A stretch of 63,815 nucleotides of DNA, counting the filler, from Reclinomonas americana ATCC 50394 (taxonomy: Eukaryota), in assembly GCA_048213135.1 (NCBI GenBank). It is 15 parts of 15 records of this genome, joined end to end, with 100 filler letters (N's around TTAATTAATTAA, not from the genome) between each part and the next. Parts side by side here need not be neighbours in the genome. Positions count along the whole stretch, not along the records: positions 62,788 to 63,815 come from AFZH01023545.1; 14 more parts are not named here. The stretch is one strand, 5' to 3'. This document shows positions 63,534-63,815 of this stretch, in pieces; the first letter of the stretch is position 1, and the number at the start of each line of letters is the position of its first letter. Both the position numbers and the translations under genes were made by a program. The notes below the pieces were generated by a model, which ran no database searches, was not told the DNA's origin, and saw only the letters and a list, made by a program, of their open reading frames with translations.

Positions 63534-63815
63534 CGGCTTCACCCTGCTCGACCGCGCCGAGCAGGTCGATGTTTCCTCCGCGCCGGCGGCGACGCTGGCC
63601 GAGGAAGAGGCTCGCCTGCTCGCGCTCGAGGCCGAATACTGCTCGCATGGCGACACCGTCCACTACACGCAATTCCCGAAGATCTTCTCGGGTTGCGAGG
63701 GCTCGTTCATGCTCGATGCGGCCGGCAACCGCTTTCTCGACCTGCAGATGTGGTACTCGGCCGTCAATTTCGGCTACGCCAATCCGCGCCTGAACAATGC
63801 GCTGAAGCGCCAGAT
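63526..63815 (+). CDS. Bacterial class III PLP-dependent aminotransferase, 3'-partial
   Basis: MDDGFTLL...YCSHGDTVHY...CEGSFMLDAAGNRFLDLQMWYSAVNFGYANPRL. It overlaps the upstream stop (ATGGATGA), with AAGGA upstream. Confidence 0.88.
   Translation, partial: MDDGFTLLDRAEQVDVSSAPAATLAEEEARLLALEAEYCSHGDTVHYTQFPKIFSGCEGSFMLDAAGNRFLDLQMWYSAVNFGYANPRLNNALKRQ

Overview
This window is 15 contigs joined by artificial 100-nt spacers (44 N + TTAATTAATTAA + 44 N). Contigs 1-14 come from an intron-rich eukaryote, probably a protist (mostly short GT-AG introns, abundant microsatellites). Contig 15 is bacterial. Housekeeping-type genes are an HPS4/CCZ1-like longin protein, a Nudix hydrolase, the RPB6 3' end, an ARM-repeat protein, a PTGR-like oxidoreductase, a SPRY protein, an alpha/beta hydrolase and an NCS-1-like EF-hand protein. 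The main result is on contig 5. Manual splicing links about 37 exons from ~19600 to the contig end (35349) into one open frame of roughly 3,700 aa. It ends in a Fanzor2/IS607-TnpB-like RuvC + zinc-finger nuclease module with an intact D-E-D triad. The gene follows a 66-bp tandem array that abruptly truncates a frameshifted fibronectin-III gene, as expected for a mobile element insertion. Degenerate inverted copies of the same repeat lie on the preceding contig. Other notable items are an ankyrin/coiled-coil/HEPN-like/kinase protein, a beta-repeat fibre with a peptidase-S74 autochaperone, and the 3' end of an RLE-type non-LTR retrotransposon. All family calls are motif recognition by eye and all gene models are manual; no searches were run.
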